64,000 nucleotides of DNA from Actinomycetota bacterium (GTDB lineage Bacteria > Actinomycetota > Acidimicrobiia > Actinomarinales > Actinomarinaceae): assembly GCA_027729925.1 (NCBI GenBank), contig JAQCEB010000003.1, positions 2,996 to 66,995 on the forward strand. The letters run 5' to 3'. The notes below the pieces were generated by a model, which worked only from the letters and a program-made list of their open reading frames with translations, did not search any database and was not told the DNA's origin. Both the position numbers and the translations under genes were made by a program. Shown one piece after another: positions 47,132 through 56,800 of this stretch (positions within the stretch are counted from its first letter, which is position 1; each line of letters begins with the position of its first letter).

Positions 47132-49777
47132 ATGTATTTAAAATCATTAGATATTAATGGGTTCAAGTCTTTTGCTGAAAAGACTCACATTCTTCTTTCT
47201 GACAAAGTAAATGTAGTAGTTGGACCAAATGGTTCTGGAAAATCTAACGTTGTTGATGCAATATCTTGGGTTCTCGGAACTCAAAGTCCAGCAAGTTTAA
47301 GAACTAACAAAATGGAAGATGTTATATTTGCAGGAACAGAAAAATTATCACAAAAAGGTTTTGCAGAGGTCTATTTAAATTTCCAAGTTGACCCACAAAA
47401 TTTTAATGGTACAACGGAAATTTCTATAGGTAGAAAACTATTTAGAGACGGTACCTCAGAATATTTTATGAATGGATTAAATTGTAGATTGCTAGATATA
47501 CAAGAGTTTCTAAGTGATATTGGAATTGGCAAACAACAGCACATAATTATATCTCAAGGACAAATCGCTGAAATATTAAATTCAAAACCTGAAGATCATA
47601 GAGTAACAATTGAAGAGGCTTCTGGAATTCTTCCATTGCGAATAAAAAATGAAAAATCTTTAAAAAGAATTGAGTCTGGAGAAAAAGAAATAAAAAGAGC
47701 TAAAGATGTTCTTAGAGAAATTAAAAAACAACTGAAGCCTTTACAAGATCAAGCAGAGCAAGCAAAACTTCATTCTGAAATTACTGACCAGTTAAAAGTT
47801 AAAAATCTTACTTTGAATATTTTTAACTTTAAAAAATTAGAAGAAATATTACATAATTTATCAGATGAAGAAATCCAGATAAATAAAGAAATTTTTAGTT
47901 TAGAAAATAAAATTAACAATTTAAAAGTTGAAAAGAATAATTTAAATTCTGAACTGGGAGATGGAGTATCAATTGGTTCTATATTAAAGGACTCTTCCAA
48001 TAAATTTTTAAATATTTCTGAACAACTTAGATCTATTGCTCAGATAGCAAATGAACGAAAAGATAATCTTGAAAGAGATGAACTTAATAAAAATGATGAA
48101 ATTTTAAACATAAATAAAAAAATTAATCAAAATAGTCAACAAATAAACTCACTTTCTAATCAACTAATTAGTAAAAAAAATGATTTAGTAGTTTTACAAA
48201 ATTCACACTCTGAGATGAAAAAATCGCTTGAAGATATAATTCAAAAATCTTCAGCTTCGATAGAAGTTAATGAAGCATTATTACAGAGTGAGATTAAAAC
48301 TTTAACTTCACAAATAAATGAACTAAATATTAATATTGAAAATTTCAGCAAAGAACTAATACACTGGAAGTCAGATTTTGAAATATCTATCAGCTTGTTA
48401 AATGAAGTTGAAAAAGATTTCCTAAAAAGTAATTCAAATAAATTAAATTTAGATAACTATTCATCGCATTCAAATAATATTTATAAAAGAGAAATTAACT
48501 CATCTAATGAAAAGTTAATGTTTTTTAAAGAAACAAATGAGAATAAAAACTTAGAACTTGAGAAAAAACTTAACTTATTAAATTCTATATCTGAAAAAGA
48601 AGAATTTAAAGCAGATTTATTAAACCATAAAATTGATTTAGAAAATCAAATAAAAATCTTTGAACAAGAAATTTCAACTGTCTCAAATCAACTTGCTTCA
48701 TCACAAGAAAGAATTAAAACTTTAATAGCTCAAAATGAAGAGTTTCTCATTGAAAAAAAACATTTATCAAGTTTTTCAAATGAAGATAACTTATTGCAAT
48801 TACAAAATATTATTGATGCCACTAAAGAATTTATTTTATTTTCAAATAAAACTTCAGATACTTTAGAAATTAAATCTGATTATTTTGATGGTAAATATGG
48901 TAATTCAAATAAAAAAATTATTGAGATTGATACTCAAATTGAGCAGTTAACTAAACAAATATATTCTTTAAAAGATAAAAAAACTAACATCATTATCAAT
49001 AAATCAGAGAAACAAAATAACAAACAAAGAATATTTGCAAATCTTTCTAATATTTTTAATTATGATTTAGAAAAAATTTCTAATTTTGACGTTACTAGTG
49101 TTGAACAATATTCATTGGAAAATGAAATTAATTTACTAAATCAAAAATTAGATCAAATTGGTGTAGTTAATTATTTAGCAATGGAAGATTTTGAATCATT
49201 AAATTCTAGATATTTGGATATTAATAAAACTATAGAAGAACTTAATGAAGCAAAGCATGAACTACTTGAAAATATTAAAGATGTAGAAAAAGAAATAATT
49301 TTTAGGATTGAATCATCATTTAATTCTATTTCAGTACACTTTGAAGAAATATTTTCAACACTTTTTCCAGGTGGAAATGGCAAATTATCATTTACAGATA
49401 AAGAAGATATTTTAAACACAGGTATTGAAATTACTGTTCAACCTAGAGGTAAAAAAGTTAAAAAATTAAGTTTACTTTCTGGAGGTGAAAGGTCTTTAGC
49501 TGCAATAGCTTTTTTATTTTCAATTTTTAAATCTTTTCCAAGTCCTTTTTATATTTTAGATGAAGTTGAAGCTGCTTTAGATGATGCAAACTTGCATAGA
49601 ATGATTAACTTATTAAATCATGTAAAAAGTGATGCTCAGTATATTATTGTGACTCATCAACAACAAACTATGCATGCTGGTGATGTTTTGTATGGAGTTA
49701 CTATGGAACCTGGTTCAGGTTCAAGAATTTATACAAAAACTAAAGAGCAATTTGAAAATATTTTAAATAATGATTAA
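47132..49777 (+). CDS. smc: Chromosome partition protein SMC (short, 881 aa; hinge not recognisable)
   Basis: N-terminal head with Walker A GPNGSGKSN. C-terminal head with LSGGERSLAAIAF and Walker B FYILDEVEAALD. About 520 aa of K/E/N/L/I-rich coiled coil lies between them. Confidence 0.85.
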   Translation: MYLKSLDINGFKSFAEKTHILLSDKVNVVVGPNGSGKSNVVDAISWVLGTQSPASLRTNKMEDVIFAGTEKLSQKGFAEVYLNFQVDPQNFNGTTEISIGRKLFRDGTSEYFMNGLNCRLLDIQEFLSDIGIGKQQHIIISQGQIAEILNSKPEDHRVTIEEASGILPLRIKNEKSLKRIESGEKEIKRAKDVLREIKKQLKPLQDQAEQAKLHSEITDQLKVKNLTLNIFNFKKLEEILHNLSDEEIQINKEIFSLENKINNLKVEKNNLNSELGDGVSIGSILKDSSNKFLNISEQLRSIAQIANERKDNLERDELNKNDEILNINKKINQNSQQINSLSNQLISKKNDLVVLQNSHSEMKKSLEDIIQKSSASIEVNEALLQSEIKTLTSQINELNINIENFSKELIHWKSDFEISISLLNEVEKDFLKSNSNKLNLDNYSSHSNNIYKREINSSNEKLMFFKETNENKNLELEKKLNLLNSISEKEEFKADLLNHKIDLENQIKIFEQEISTVSNQLASSQERIKTLIAQNEEFLIEKKHLSSFSNEDNLLQLQNIIDATKEFILFSNKTSDTLEIKSDYFDGKYGNSNKKIIEIDTQIEQLTKQIYSLKDKKTNIIINKSEKQNNKQRIFANLSNIFNYDLEKISNFDVTSVEQYSLENEINLLNQKLDQIGVVNYLAMEDFESLNSRYLDINKTIEELNEAKHELLENIKDVEKEIIFRIESSFNSISVHFEEIFSTLFPGGNGKLSFTDKEDILNTGIEITVQPRGKKVKKLSLLSGGERSLAAIAFLFSIFKSFPSPFYILDEVEAALDDANLHRMINLLNHVKSDAQYIIVTHQQQTMHAGDVLYGVTMEPGSGSRIYTKTKEQFENILNND

Positions 49778-50153
49778 TAATGAACTCGCAGATTTAGCAA
49801 GAGAAGTTGCAAAAAAAGCTTATGCACCGTATTCAAATTTTAGAGTTGGTGCGGCACTTGTAACTGATTCGGGAAATATATATACAGGTTGTAATATAGA
49901 AAACGCTTCTTACCCTGCAACAGTTTGTGCTGAAGATGTAGCAGTCGTGAAAGCAATATCTGAGGGTGAAAAGAAAATTGATACCATTGCTGTTGCTTGT
50001 ATTGATGCAAAATCTGATACAGCTCTTTTTCCTTGTGGGATTTCAAGACAAAGATTAGCTGAATTTGATACTAAAACTGTTTTGGTAGTGAGTGAATCAG
50101 ATTTTGTAGAATATAAATTTGAAGAAATTCTACCTTTTAACTTTAAATTTTAA
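49770..50153 (+). CDS. cdd: Cytidine deaminase (homotetrameric type, atypical zinc motif)
   Basis: 127 aa with APYSNFRVGAAL and CAED (the catalytic CAE). The second zinc motif reads PCGISRQ instead of PCGxCRQ. 8-nt overlap with smc. Confidence 0.8.
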   Translation: MINNELADLAREVAKKAYAPYSNFRVGAALVTDSGNIYTGCNIENASYPATVCAEDVAVVKAISEGEKKIDTIAVACIDAKSDTALFPCGISRQRLAEFDTKTVLVVSESDFVEYKFEEILPFNFKF

Positions 50154-51067
50154 ATACTTTCAATCAATTTCGGTAAGATATTAAGTGTATCTCCAACAAT
50201 ACCAAGATCAGAAATTTGGAAAATTGGAGCTTCTTCATCTTTATTTATAGCAATTATAAATTTGGAATCTTTCATGCCAACTTGATGTTGTGTAGCGCCA
50301 GAGATACCACATGCAATATATAAATCTGGTTTAACTGTTTTACCTGTTTGACCTACTTGTTGCGAGTAAGGCATCCATCCAGCATCAACTATAGCTCTAG
50401 TTCCACCAACTGCTGCATTAAGTTTTGATGCAAGTTCATTAATAATACTTAAGTTTGATACATCAACCATACCCCTACCAGCTGAAACTACAACTTTCGA
50501 ATCTTCTAGTTGAGGACCTTTTTTTTCTTCCTTGTGAATATCATAAATTTTTGTAATTCCGTCTTCTACGTCTATAGAAATGTAATTTGAGTTTAATTCA
50601 ATATCTACCGCTTCAAAAGATTTTGGCCGAATAAGTAAAAATGAAACTTCTGAATCAACTTCAGTTTTATAAAGTTGATTGCCTCCATTTATAGAATTTA
50701 CTGTTTGTACTTTATGATTTTCTATTGAAAAATCTATAACATTTGACACGGGACTTGAATTAAAATCAACAGAAAGAAATGAGATTATATCTCTACATTG
50801 ATAAGTTGAAGACGCTAAGACTAAATTTACCTGTTCATTTTGTATGATGTTATTTATGTAATCTGCGACTTTATTGTATTGAAGTGAGTTTGAAGATCTT
50901 TTTAAATAAGTTTGTTTAAAAGAGTCTGAACCAATAGTAGGTACATCATCAACACCAACCGTAACTAATTGAAACTCTATATTAAGATTTCTAACTTTAG
51001 AAATAATTTCTAACGAACCTAAACCTAATTTCCCATCGATTACTTCTGAAATAATAAGAGCTTTCAT
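50150..51067 (-). CDS. etfA: Electron transfer flavoprotein alpha subunit
   Basis: 305 aa. C-terminal FAD-binding region YIACGISGATQHQVGM and DEEAPIF. Confidence 0.92.
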   Translation of the reverse strand: MKALIISEVIDGKLGLGSLEIISKVRNLNIEFQLVTVGVDDVPTIGSDSFKQTYLKRSSNSLQYNKVADYINNIIQNEQVNLVLASSTYQCRDIISFLSVDFNSSPVSNVIDFSIENHKVQTVNSINGGNQLYKTEVDSEVSFLLIRPKSFEAVDIELNSNYISIDVEDGITKIYDIHKEEKKGPQLEDSKVVVSAGRGMVDVSNLSIINELASKLNAAVGGTRAIVDAGWMPYSQQVGQTGKTVKPDLYIACGISGATQHQVGMKDSKFIIAINKDEEAPIFQISDLGIVGDTLNILPKLIESI

Positions 51068-51816
51068 AATATTTTTAATTCTTTAAGTTTTTCAATAATA
51101 AATTTATGTGCTTCACCGTCATCTATTACTTTTTGTCCATTCTTAGAAGATTCAACTTCTTCTATATCGATAAATTTTAGATTATTTTTAGCTGTTAAAT
51201 TTAAGTTGTTTAATGGTATTTCTTGAATTGATTTTGATTTTGCTGCCATTATATCCTTAAAATTTGGATACCTAGGTTCTACGCCGCCTGCAGTGACAGA
51301 AATAACACATTTATCTGGCATATCAACTTTTTCTGAACCTTCTATAGTTTGTCTAGTTAAAATAACTTTTTCTGAATTTACCTCTACAGCTTTTACATAA
51401 GAAATACAATCCAAGTTCAAATATCTTGAAATTTGTTGTGGAACTGTTCCGGAATAACCATCTGTTGACTCTGTACCTAAAATAATTAAATCAGCTTCAG
51501 ATAGTTTAGCTAGTTCACTTAAAACATTAGATGTAGTTAATGAATTTGCTCCTGAAAGATTTTCATCGGATACTATCATCGCTTTATCTGCACCCATTTG
51601 AAGTGCTTGCTGTACACCTTTTAAAGTACCTTTAGGACCCATAGATAAAATTGTTACTTCAGCATCAAATTTTTCTTTGAGTTGAAGTGCTAACTCAATA
51701 CCATATCTATCAGTATCATCCAGAACTTGTTCTTCTGGTCTTTTTATATGTCCTTTTTCATAAGAAATTTCAATAGCTGGATCAGGAATTTGTTTAGCAC
51801 AAACAGCAATTTTCAT
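51064..51816 (-). CDS. etfB: Electron transfer flavoprotein beta subunit
   Basis: 250 aa starting MKIAVCAKQIPD, with LILGTESTDGYSGTVP. 4-nt overlap with etfA. Confidence 0.92.
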   Translation of the reverse strand: MKIAVCAKQIPDPAIEISYEKGHIKRPEEQVLDDTDRYGIELALQLKEKFDAEVTILSMGPKGTLKGVQQALQMGADKAMIVSDENLSGANSLTTSNVLSELAKLSEADLIILGTESTDGYSGTVPQQISRYLNLDCISYVKAVEVNSEKVILTRQTIEGSEKVDMPDKCVISVTAGGVEPRYPNFKDIMAAKSKSIQEIPLNNLNLTAKNNLKFIDIEEVESSKNGQKVIDDGEAHKFIIEKLKELKIL

Positions 51817-51838
51817 ATTGATATTGTAATTTAACTAA

Positions 51839-52663
51839 TTATTTATCAGTATTTATAGCTATTAAAAATTCTTTCATGAAGCTTTGTAATTTTAATTTTG
51901 AATTATTTGCAATCTCAATTACTTCATTATGATCTAGTGGATTCTTACTTATACCAGCTGCAAGATTTGTGACTAATGAAAATGCTGCAACTTCCATTCC
52001 GCAATGTTTAGCAACAATTGCTTCTGGAACAGTTGACATTCCAACAAGATCTGCACCAATATTTTTAGCAAACTGTACCTCAGCAGGTGTTTCATAAGAA
52101 GGTCCTGTGAACCACGCATAAACTCCAGTTTTAAATTCAAAAGTATTTTCTGAAACTTTCTTTGCTATATTTAAAAAATATTTTGAATACACTTCTGACA
52201 TATCTGGAAATCGTGGACCAAATTCTTCTAAATTTTTACCTATTAATGGATTGTTGCCAGTGAGGTTTATGTGGTCGTTAATTGCTACTATGTCACCTGG
52301 AACATAATTATCTGCTATACCGCCAGCTGCATTTGTTAGAACTATTTTTTTAACTCCGAGTAAACTGAAAACTCGAATAGGTAAAACAAGTTCATGAATT
52401 GGATACCCTTCGTAATAATGGGCTCTTCCAGATAAAATTCCAGTTATTTGATTATTGATTTTAACGAATGATAATTTTCCAGAATGACCTTCTATTGATG
52501 GTTTGAGAAAATGAGGAACTTCTGAGTAATTTATTTGTGCAATATGATCGTAATTATCCTCAAAACCACTCATACCAGAACCAAGAACGATTAATGACTC
52601 TACTTTATTTGAATGTATTATTTTTTCAATATGTGATTTCGCTTCTAAAATTTTATTTTTCAT
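51839..52663 (-). CDS. punA: Purine nucleoside phosphorylase (trimeric PunA type)
   Basis: 274 aa with LGSGMSGF, GRAHYYEGY, LTNAAGG and GMSTVPE. Confidence 0.9.
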   Translation of the reverse strand: MKNKILEAKSHIEKIIHSNKVESLIVLGSGMSGFEDNYDHIAQINYSEVPHFLKPSIEGHSGKLSFVKINNQITGILSGRAHYYEGYPIHELVLPIRVFSLLGVKKIVLTNAAGGIADNYVPGDIVAINDHINLTGNNPLIGKNLEEFGPRFPDMSEVYSKYFLNIAKKVSENTFEFKTGVYAWFTGPSYETPAEVQFAKNIGADLVGMSTVPEAIVAKHCGMEVAAFSLVTNLAAGISKNPLDHNEVIEIANNSKLKLQSFMKEFLIAINTDK

Positions 52664-52676
52664 AAATAAATATTAC

Positions 52677-53828
52677 TTAAATATCTTTTAAAAAGCTTTC
52701 TCCAGGTAACTGATTTTTTATATTGAAATAATCAGCAATAGTTTTACCAATATTATAAAAACCGGTCAAGTCACCTAGGTATGTCTTTTTTGAATTTTTT
52801 TTGTAAGCAATTAGAGGAACGTATTCTCTTGAATGATCAGTGTTACCATCAGTTGGATCAGTTCCATGATCTCCTGAAATAATTAATAAATCATCATTTT
52901 CTAGGCTCTCAATAATTTTTTTAAGGTATTTATCAATAATTTTCAAGCCTTCATAATATCCAGATGGATCTTCTCTATGACCATAAAGCATATCTAAATC
53001 AACTAAATTTACAAAAATAAACTGATTATCACCATTTTTAATTTCATTAAACAAGATTTTCAAACCATGCTCATCTCCCTCTGTGTGAATATGATTGGTC
53101 AGAAATTCCGTTCCAAATAAATCCATAATTTTACCGATTCCATATGTAGAAAAATTATTTTCATGTAATAATTTTAAAATTGTGTCTCCGGGGGGCTGTA
53201 TCCCAAAATCTTTTCTGTCATAAGTTCTAGTAAAATTATGTAAATTTCCTATAAAAGGTCGGGCGATAACTCTACCTATATTGTATTCATCGCAATACTT
53301 TCTTGCGATTGAGCAAATTGCATAAAGATCTTCAATACTACATATTTCATTATGAGCAGCAATTTGAAAAACTGAATCTCCTGATGTATAAAGAATCAAA
53401 TCTCCAGTTTGTAAGTGGTGTTCACCAAGCTCTTCTAGAATTTCTGTTCCTGAAGCATGCTTGTTACCAATAAATTTACAATTTGCTTCTTTTTCGATTG
53501 TGTCAATTAATTCTGTTGGAAAACCATTTGGGAAAATACCGAATTCTTTTTCAGTTACTAAACCTCCAATCTCCCAATGACCAGTAGTAGAATCATTACC
53601 TTTTGAGACTTCTGAGAGCCTTCCAACTGTAGAGTTAAAAGTATTTTTCATCCCTTTTACATTTGTGATTTTACCAAATCCAAGAAATTCAAATGTTGGT
53701 AAATAGATACCGTTATTTGCAATAGCAACATTTCCTAGTGTGTTTGTACCTAAGTTGTTATATTCTTGAGCATCAGGTGCTTCACCAACACCAAGAGAGT
53801 CAATTATTAAAAGTATGCACCTTTTCAT
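52677..53828 (-). CDS. deoB: Phosphopentomutase
   Basis: 383 aa with LIIDSLGVGEAPDA, VNLVDLDMLYGHR and SGDHGTDPT. Confidence 0.93.
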   Translation of the reverse strand: MKRCILLIIDSLGVGEAPDAQEYNNLGTNTLGNVAIANNGIYLPTFEFLGFGKITNVKGMKNTFNSTVGRLSEVSKGNDSTTGHWEIGGLVTEKEFGIFPNGFPTELIDTIEKEANCKFIGNKHASGTEILEELGEHHLQTGDLILYTSGDSVFQIAAHNEICSIEDLYAICSIARKYCDEYNIGRVIARPFIGNLHNFTRTYDRKDFGIQPPGDTILKLLHENNFSTYGIGKIMDLFGTEFLTNHIHTEGDEHGLKILFNEIKNGDNQFIFVNLVDLDMLYGHREDPSGYYEGLKIIDKYLKKIIESLENDDLLIISGDHGTDPTDGNTDHSREYVPLIAYKKNSKKTYLGDLTGFYNIGKTIADYFNIKNQLPGESFLKDI

Positions 53829-54448
53829 TAAACGGTACCAAAAAGTCTATCTCCCATGTCACCAAGTCCTGGGACTATGTACCAATTTTCATTTAATTTT
53901 TCATCAATACTTGCAGTAATTAAAGTAATGTCTGGATGTTTTTCTTTTAATTTATTTATTCCTTCAGGTGCACAAATTACAGTTAATGCAAAAATATTTT
54001 TTGGGTGATACTCTTTAACTTTATCTATTGCAAACGATAAAGATCCACCTGTAGCTAGCATTGGTTCCAGAATAAATACATTTTTATTTTTAAGTTCAGG
54101 TAAGTTTTCATAGTAATACTCAGGATTTGCTGTTTCTTCATTTCTTTGAACACCAATATAACCAAAAGAGGTATTCGGCAAAAGTTCTTTAATTCCATCA
54201 GCTAGGCCTAAACCAGCCCTGAGAACTGCTACTGCAACATTTTCATTTTCAATTTCATATCCAATTGTTTTAGTTAGCGGTGTTTCAATTTCTATATCTT
54301 TTAGAGAGATGTTTTTTGATGCTTCAAGGAAAAGAATATAAGATAATTTTGAAGAATAGTTTCTAAATGCTTCAAAGTTAGTATTTTTATTTCTTAAAAT
54401 TGTTAAATAATGATCTTTAAGAGGATGTGATACTTCAATAACTTCCAT
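53828..54448 (-). CDS. upp: Uracil phosphoribosyltransferase
   Basis: 206 aa with the PRPP loop ILEPMLATGGS and C-terminal YIVPGLGDMGDRLFGT. 1-nt overlap with deoB. Confidence 0.93.
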   Translation of the reverse strand: MEVIEVSHPLKDHYLTILRNKNTNFEAFRNYSSKLSYILFLEASKNISLKDIEIETPLTKTIGYEIENENVAVAVLRAGLGLADGIKELLPNTSFGYIGVQRNEETANPEYYYENLPELKNKNVFILEPMLATGGSLSFAIDKVKEYHPKNIFALTVICAPEGINKLKEKHPDITLITASIDEKLNENWYIVPGLGDMGDRLFGTV

Positions 54449-54575
54449 CTAAAACAGATTACCAAAACATTATTTCTTTAGTAGTTATTTTTTACAAGAA
54501 GTTAATCTAATTTATGTACGTTTTAGATTTTACTTAAACTAATATAATGTACTGCAATTTAAATAAAGGATATTA

Positions 54576-54980
54576 ATGTCTGTAAAAATTAGACTGGCAC
54601 AAAGAGGAAAAAAGAAAACTAGAACCTATAGAGTTGTAGTTGCAGACTCTCGTTCACCAAGGGATGGAAGATTTATTGAAGATTTAGGGTTTTATGATCC
54701 CCATCAAAACCCATCAACAGTTGAAATAGATGTTGATAAAGCTGTTTCATGGCTAGATAAAGGTGCACAACCTTCTGAAAGAGCACAAAAACTTCTTGAA
54801 ATTTCTGGAGCATGGGCCCAATGGCGTTCTTCTAAAGGTGAGGTTGTTTCAATACCTAAACCTCCTGCGGATAAGATTAAAAGTAGTTCTAAAGCTCAAA
54901 TAAAAAAACAAGAAGCATCTGCTACAAATGAAGAAAACGCAGCATCTGATGCTGAAGTTGTTACTAAAGAAGAGGAATAA
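54576..54980 (+). CDS. rpsP: 30S ribosomal protein S16 (with a K/E/A-rich C-terminal tail)
   Basis: 134 aa starting MSVKIRLAQRGKKKTRTYRVVVADSRSPRDGRFIE. AAAGGA RBS. Confidence 0.95.
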   Translation: MSVKIRLAQRGKKKTRTYRVVVADSRSPRDGRFIEDLGFYDPHQNPSTVEIDVDKAVSWLDKGAQPSERAQKLLEISGAWAQWRSSKGEVVSIPKPPADKIKSSSKAQIKKQEASATNEENAASDAEVVTKEEE

Positions 54981-55232
54981 ATGTCATCTGAATCTATTGT
55001 AAAAAATGTAGTTGAATATATTGTTAGTCAGATTGTTGAAGACAAGAAATCTGTAAACGTAACCGTTGCAGCTTCAGATGATGAAAAAGTAACCATAGAA
55101 GTAAGAACTTCCTCTGATGATATGGGTAGAGTCATTGGAAAAAGAGGTAGGGTAGCAAGGGCAATAAGAACTGTAGCTCAAGCTGCTGCAGATGAAGAAG
55201 GTCTACAATCTACAGTTGAATTTATTGACTGA
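54981..55232 (+). CDS. KH-domain RNA-binding protein (YlqC family)
   Basis: 83 aa with the GxxG loop VIGKRGRVARAIR. It occupies the conserved slot between rpsP and rimM. Confidence 0.88.
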   Translation: MSSESIVKNVVEYIVSQIVEDKKSVNVTVAASDDEKVTIEVRTSSDDMGRVIGKRGRVARAIRTVAQAAADEEGLQSTVEFID

Positions 55233-55713
55233 AACGTATTTAGTTGCAAAATTAGGTAAACCTCATTCTTTATATGGGTATCAATATATTAAATTCGATT
55301 CATTTTTTAAAAATTTAAATTTAAAAGCTATTGAACTTATTATTGATGATGAAATCTATATCGTCGAAGATTTTAAAAAACATTTAAAAGATAGAAATTT
55401 AATAAAATTTAATAAAATTAAAAACATAAATGAAGTAGAACTTTTAAGAAATCATAATGTGTATATCTCGAAAAAATATTGCAATACATTATTAAATAAA
55501 GATAAATTACCTTGGCCGGGATATTTTATAAAATCAATAATAAATAAAAGCGGACAAAAATTACTTAATTATTCTATTTATAATAATTTAATATTTTGTA
55601 GGGTTGAAGGCTTTAATGAATTTGAGATTCCTTATAACAAAGATTTTTTCAATTACAAAAATGATATTTTAAGTTTAAATGAAAATAAATTAACTATTAA
55701 TCCAGCTAAATAA
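55225..55713 (+). CDS. rimM: 16S rRNA processing protein RimM
   Basis: The N-terminus LVAKLGKPHSLYGY matches the RimM start motif. I favour the TTG at 55225, while the longest ORF runs from 55192. A PRC-barrel-like C-terminus is present. Confidence 0.8.
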   Translation: MTETYLVAKLGKPHSLYGYQYIKFDSFFKNLNLKAIELIIDDEIYIVEDFKKHLKDRNLIKFNKIKNINEVELLRNHNVYISKKYCNTLLNKDKLPWPGYFIKSIINKSGQKLLNYSIYNNLIFCRVEGFNEFEIPYNKDFFNYKNDILSLNENKLTINPAK

Positions 55714-56394
55714 CTTAATACTAATTTCATCTTCCGTCATATTTTCTGGATGCCATTGCACCCCAATAGCATCCCATGATGTAGTGCTTTCTATACCTTC
55801 AATAATCTCATCAGGAGCTTTTGCATTAATTTTTAAATCTTTACCTAATTTATTAATTGCTTGATGGTGAATTGAATTTACACCAAAAATTGTTTTATTC
55901 AGTATATTGAAAAGTTTTGAATTTTTATCTACTTCAACATTATGAATATGAGATCTTGCATATTCAAATGGACGATCATGCTTAATAGTATTAAATCCTG
56001 CATCTGAAATATCTTGATATAAGGAACCGCCTTTATATACATTTAACAATTGATTTCCTCTACAAATTGCTAAAGTTTTTATATTATTTTGTTCTGCAGA
56101 TTTTAGAAGTTGTAATTCAGTATTATCTCTATCTGTTGAAATTCTAATTGTTTTATCAGATTTTTTTTCTCCATAATTAATTGGGTCAATGTCACCACCA
56201 CCTGAAATAATTAATGCATCAAAACCTTTTAAATTTATTTCGTTTAAATTTTTTTGAGGTCCTAATACAACTGCTGTATTTCCAAACTTATTGCAGAGCT
56301 CAACAAAATCTATGTTTATAACAACACATGGTATGTTCCCAGGAGCCATATCAACATCTTTAACTCCTGTAGATATAGCTATTAATTTATTCAT
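55690..56394 (-). CDS. Class-I glutamine amidotransferase, peptidase C26 / gamma-glutamyl-GABA hydrolase (PuuD)-like
   Basis: Nucleophile elbow AICRGNQLLNV, plus HHQAI and QWHPE. The likely start is the ATG at 56394 (MNKLIAIS), 4 nt after the ridA stop. 24-nt convergent overlap with rimM. Confidence 0.82.
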   Translation of the reverse strand: MNKLIAISTGVKDVDMAPGNIPCVVINIDFVELCNKFGNTAVVLGPQKNLNEINLKGFDALIISGGGDIDPINYGEKKSDKTIRISTDRDNTELQLLKSAEQNNIKTLAICRGNQLLNVYKGGSLYQDISDAGFNTIKHDRPFEYARSHIHNVEVDKNSKLFNILNKTIFGVNSIHHQAINKLGKDLKINAKAPDEIIEGIESTTSWDAIGVQWHPENMTEDEISIKLFSWINS

Positions 56395-56800
56395 GTAAAA
56401 ATATACATTGGACTTCAACACAAACATTTAATGGTAAACTTTGAACACCCACTGCAGATCTAGTTGCTTTTTCAGTAAAGTATTCCGAAAGTTTATCAGT
56501 AAACCCATTTAAAACTTTAGCATGGTCTTTAAAATCAAAATCAGAGTTTATAAAACCAACAACATTTAAAGGTTGTAATTTTTCAATTTCAAAATTTTTG
56601 CTAAGAGTTGCTATTGTTAATTCAGCACAGTATGAAGAGGCTTTGTAGCCATCTTCTACATTTACTTGTGATGGAATTTTTCCATAAAAGTTATTTTCTC
56701 CAACAGGTATGTGACCTGAAGTAAAGATTAAATTTTCAGCTTTTTTGAAAGTAACATAATTTCCAATGGCTTCCGGTGCTTTTGGTAGATTACTATTCAT
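56387..56800 (-). CDS. ridA: RidA/YjgF-family reactive-intermediate deaminase
   Basis: 137 aa with the YjgF pattern (APEAIGNY...FTSGHIP...RSAVGV..LP). TAATG 1-nt overlap with gap. Confidence 0.85.
   Translation of the reverse strand: MNSNLPKAPEAIGNYVTFKKAENLIFTSGHIPVGENNFYGKIPSQVNVEDGYKASSYCAELTIATLSKNFEIEKLQPLNVVGFINSDFDFKDHAKVLNGFTDKLSEYFTEKATRSAVGVQSLPLNVCVEVQCIFLHE

Noticed and set aside
47800-49100. Very AT-rich, repetitive-looking DNA that might be taken for tandem repeats or a CRISPR-like array
   Set aside because: It is one continuous open reading frame encoding the K/N/E/L/I-rich coiled-coil arms of SMC. I found no exact direct repeats with regular spacing.
54543-54548. TATAAT box upstream of rpsP as a promoter -10 element
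   Set aside because: No convincing -35 lies at 16-18 nt (only GTTTTA/TTTTAG). In DNA this AT-rich, TATAAT-like hexamers occur frequently by chance, so there is not enough support to list it as a feature.
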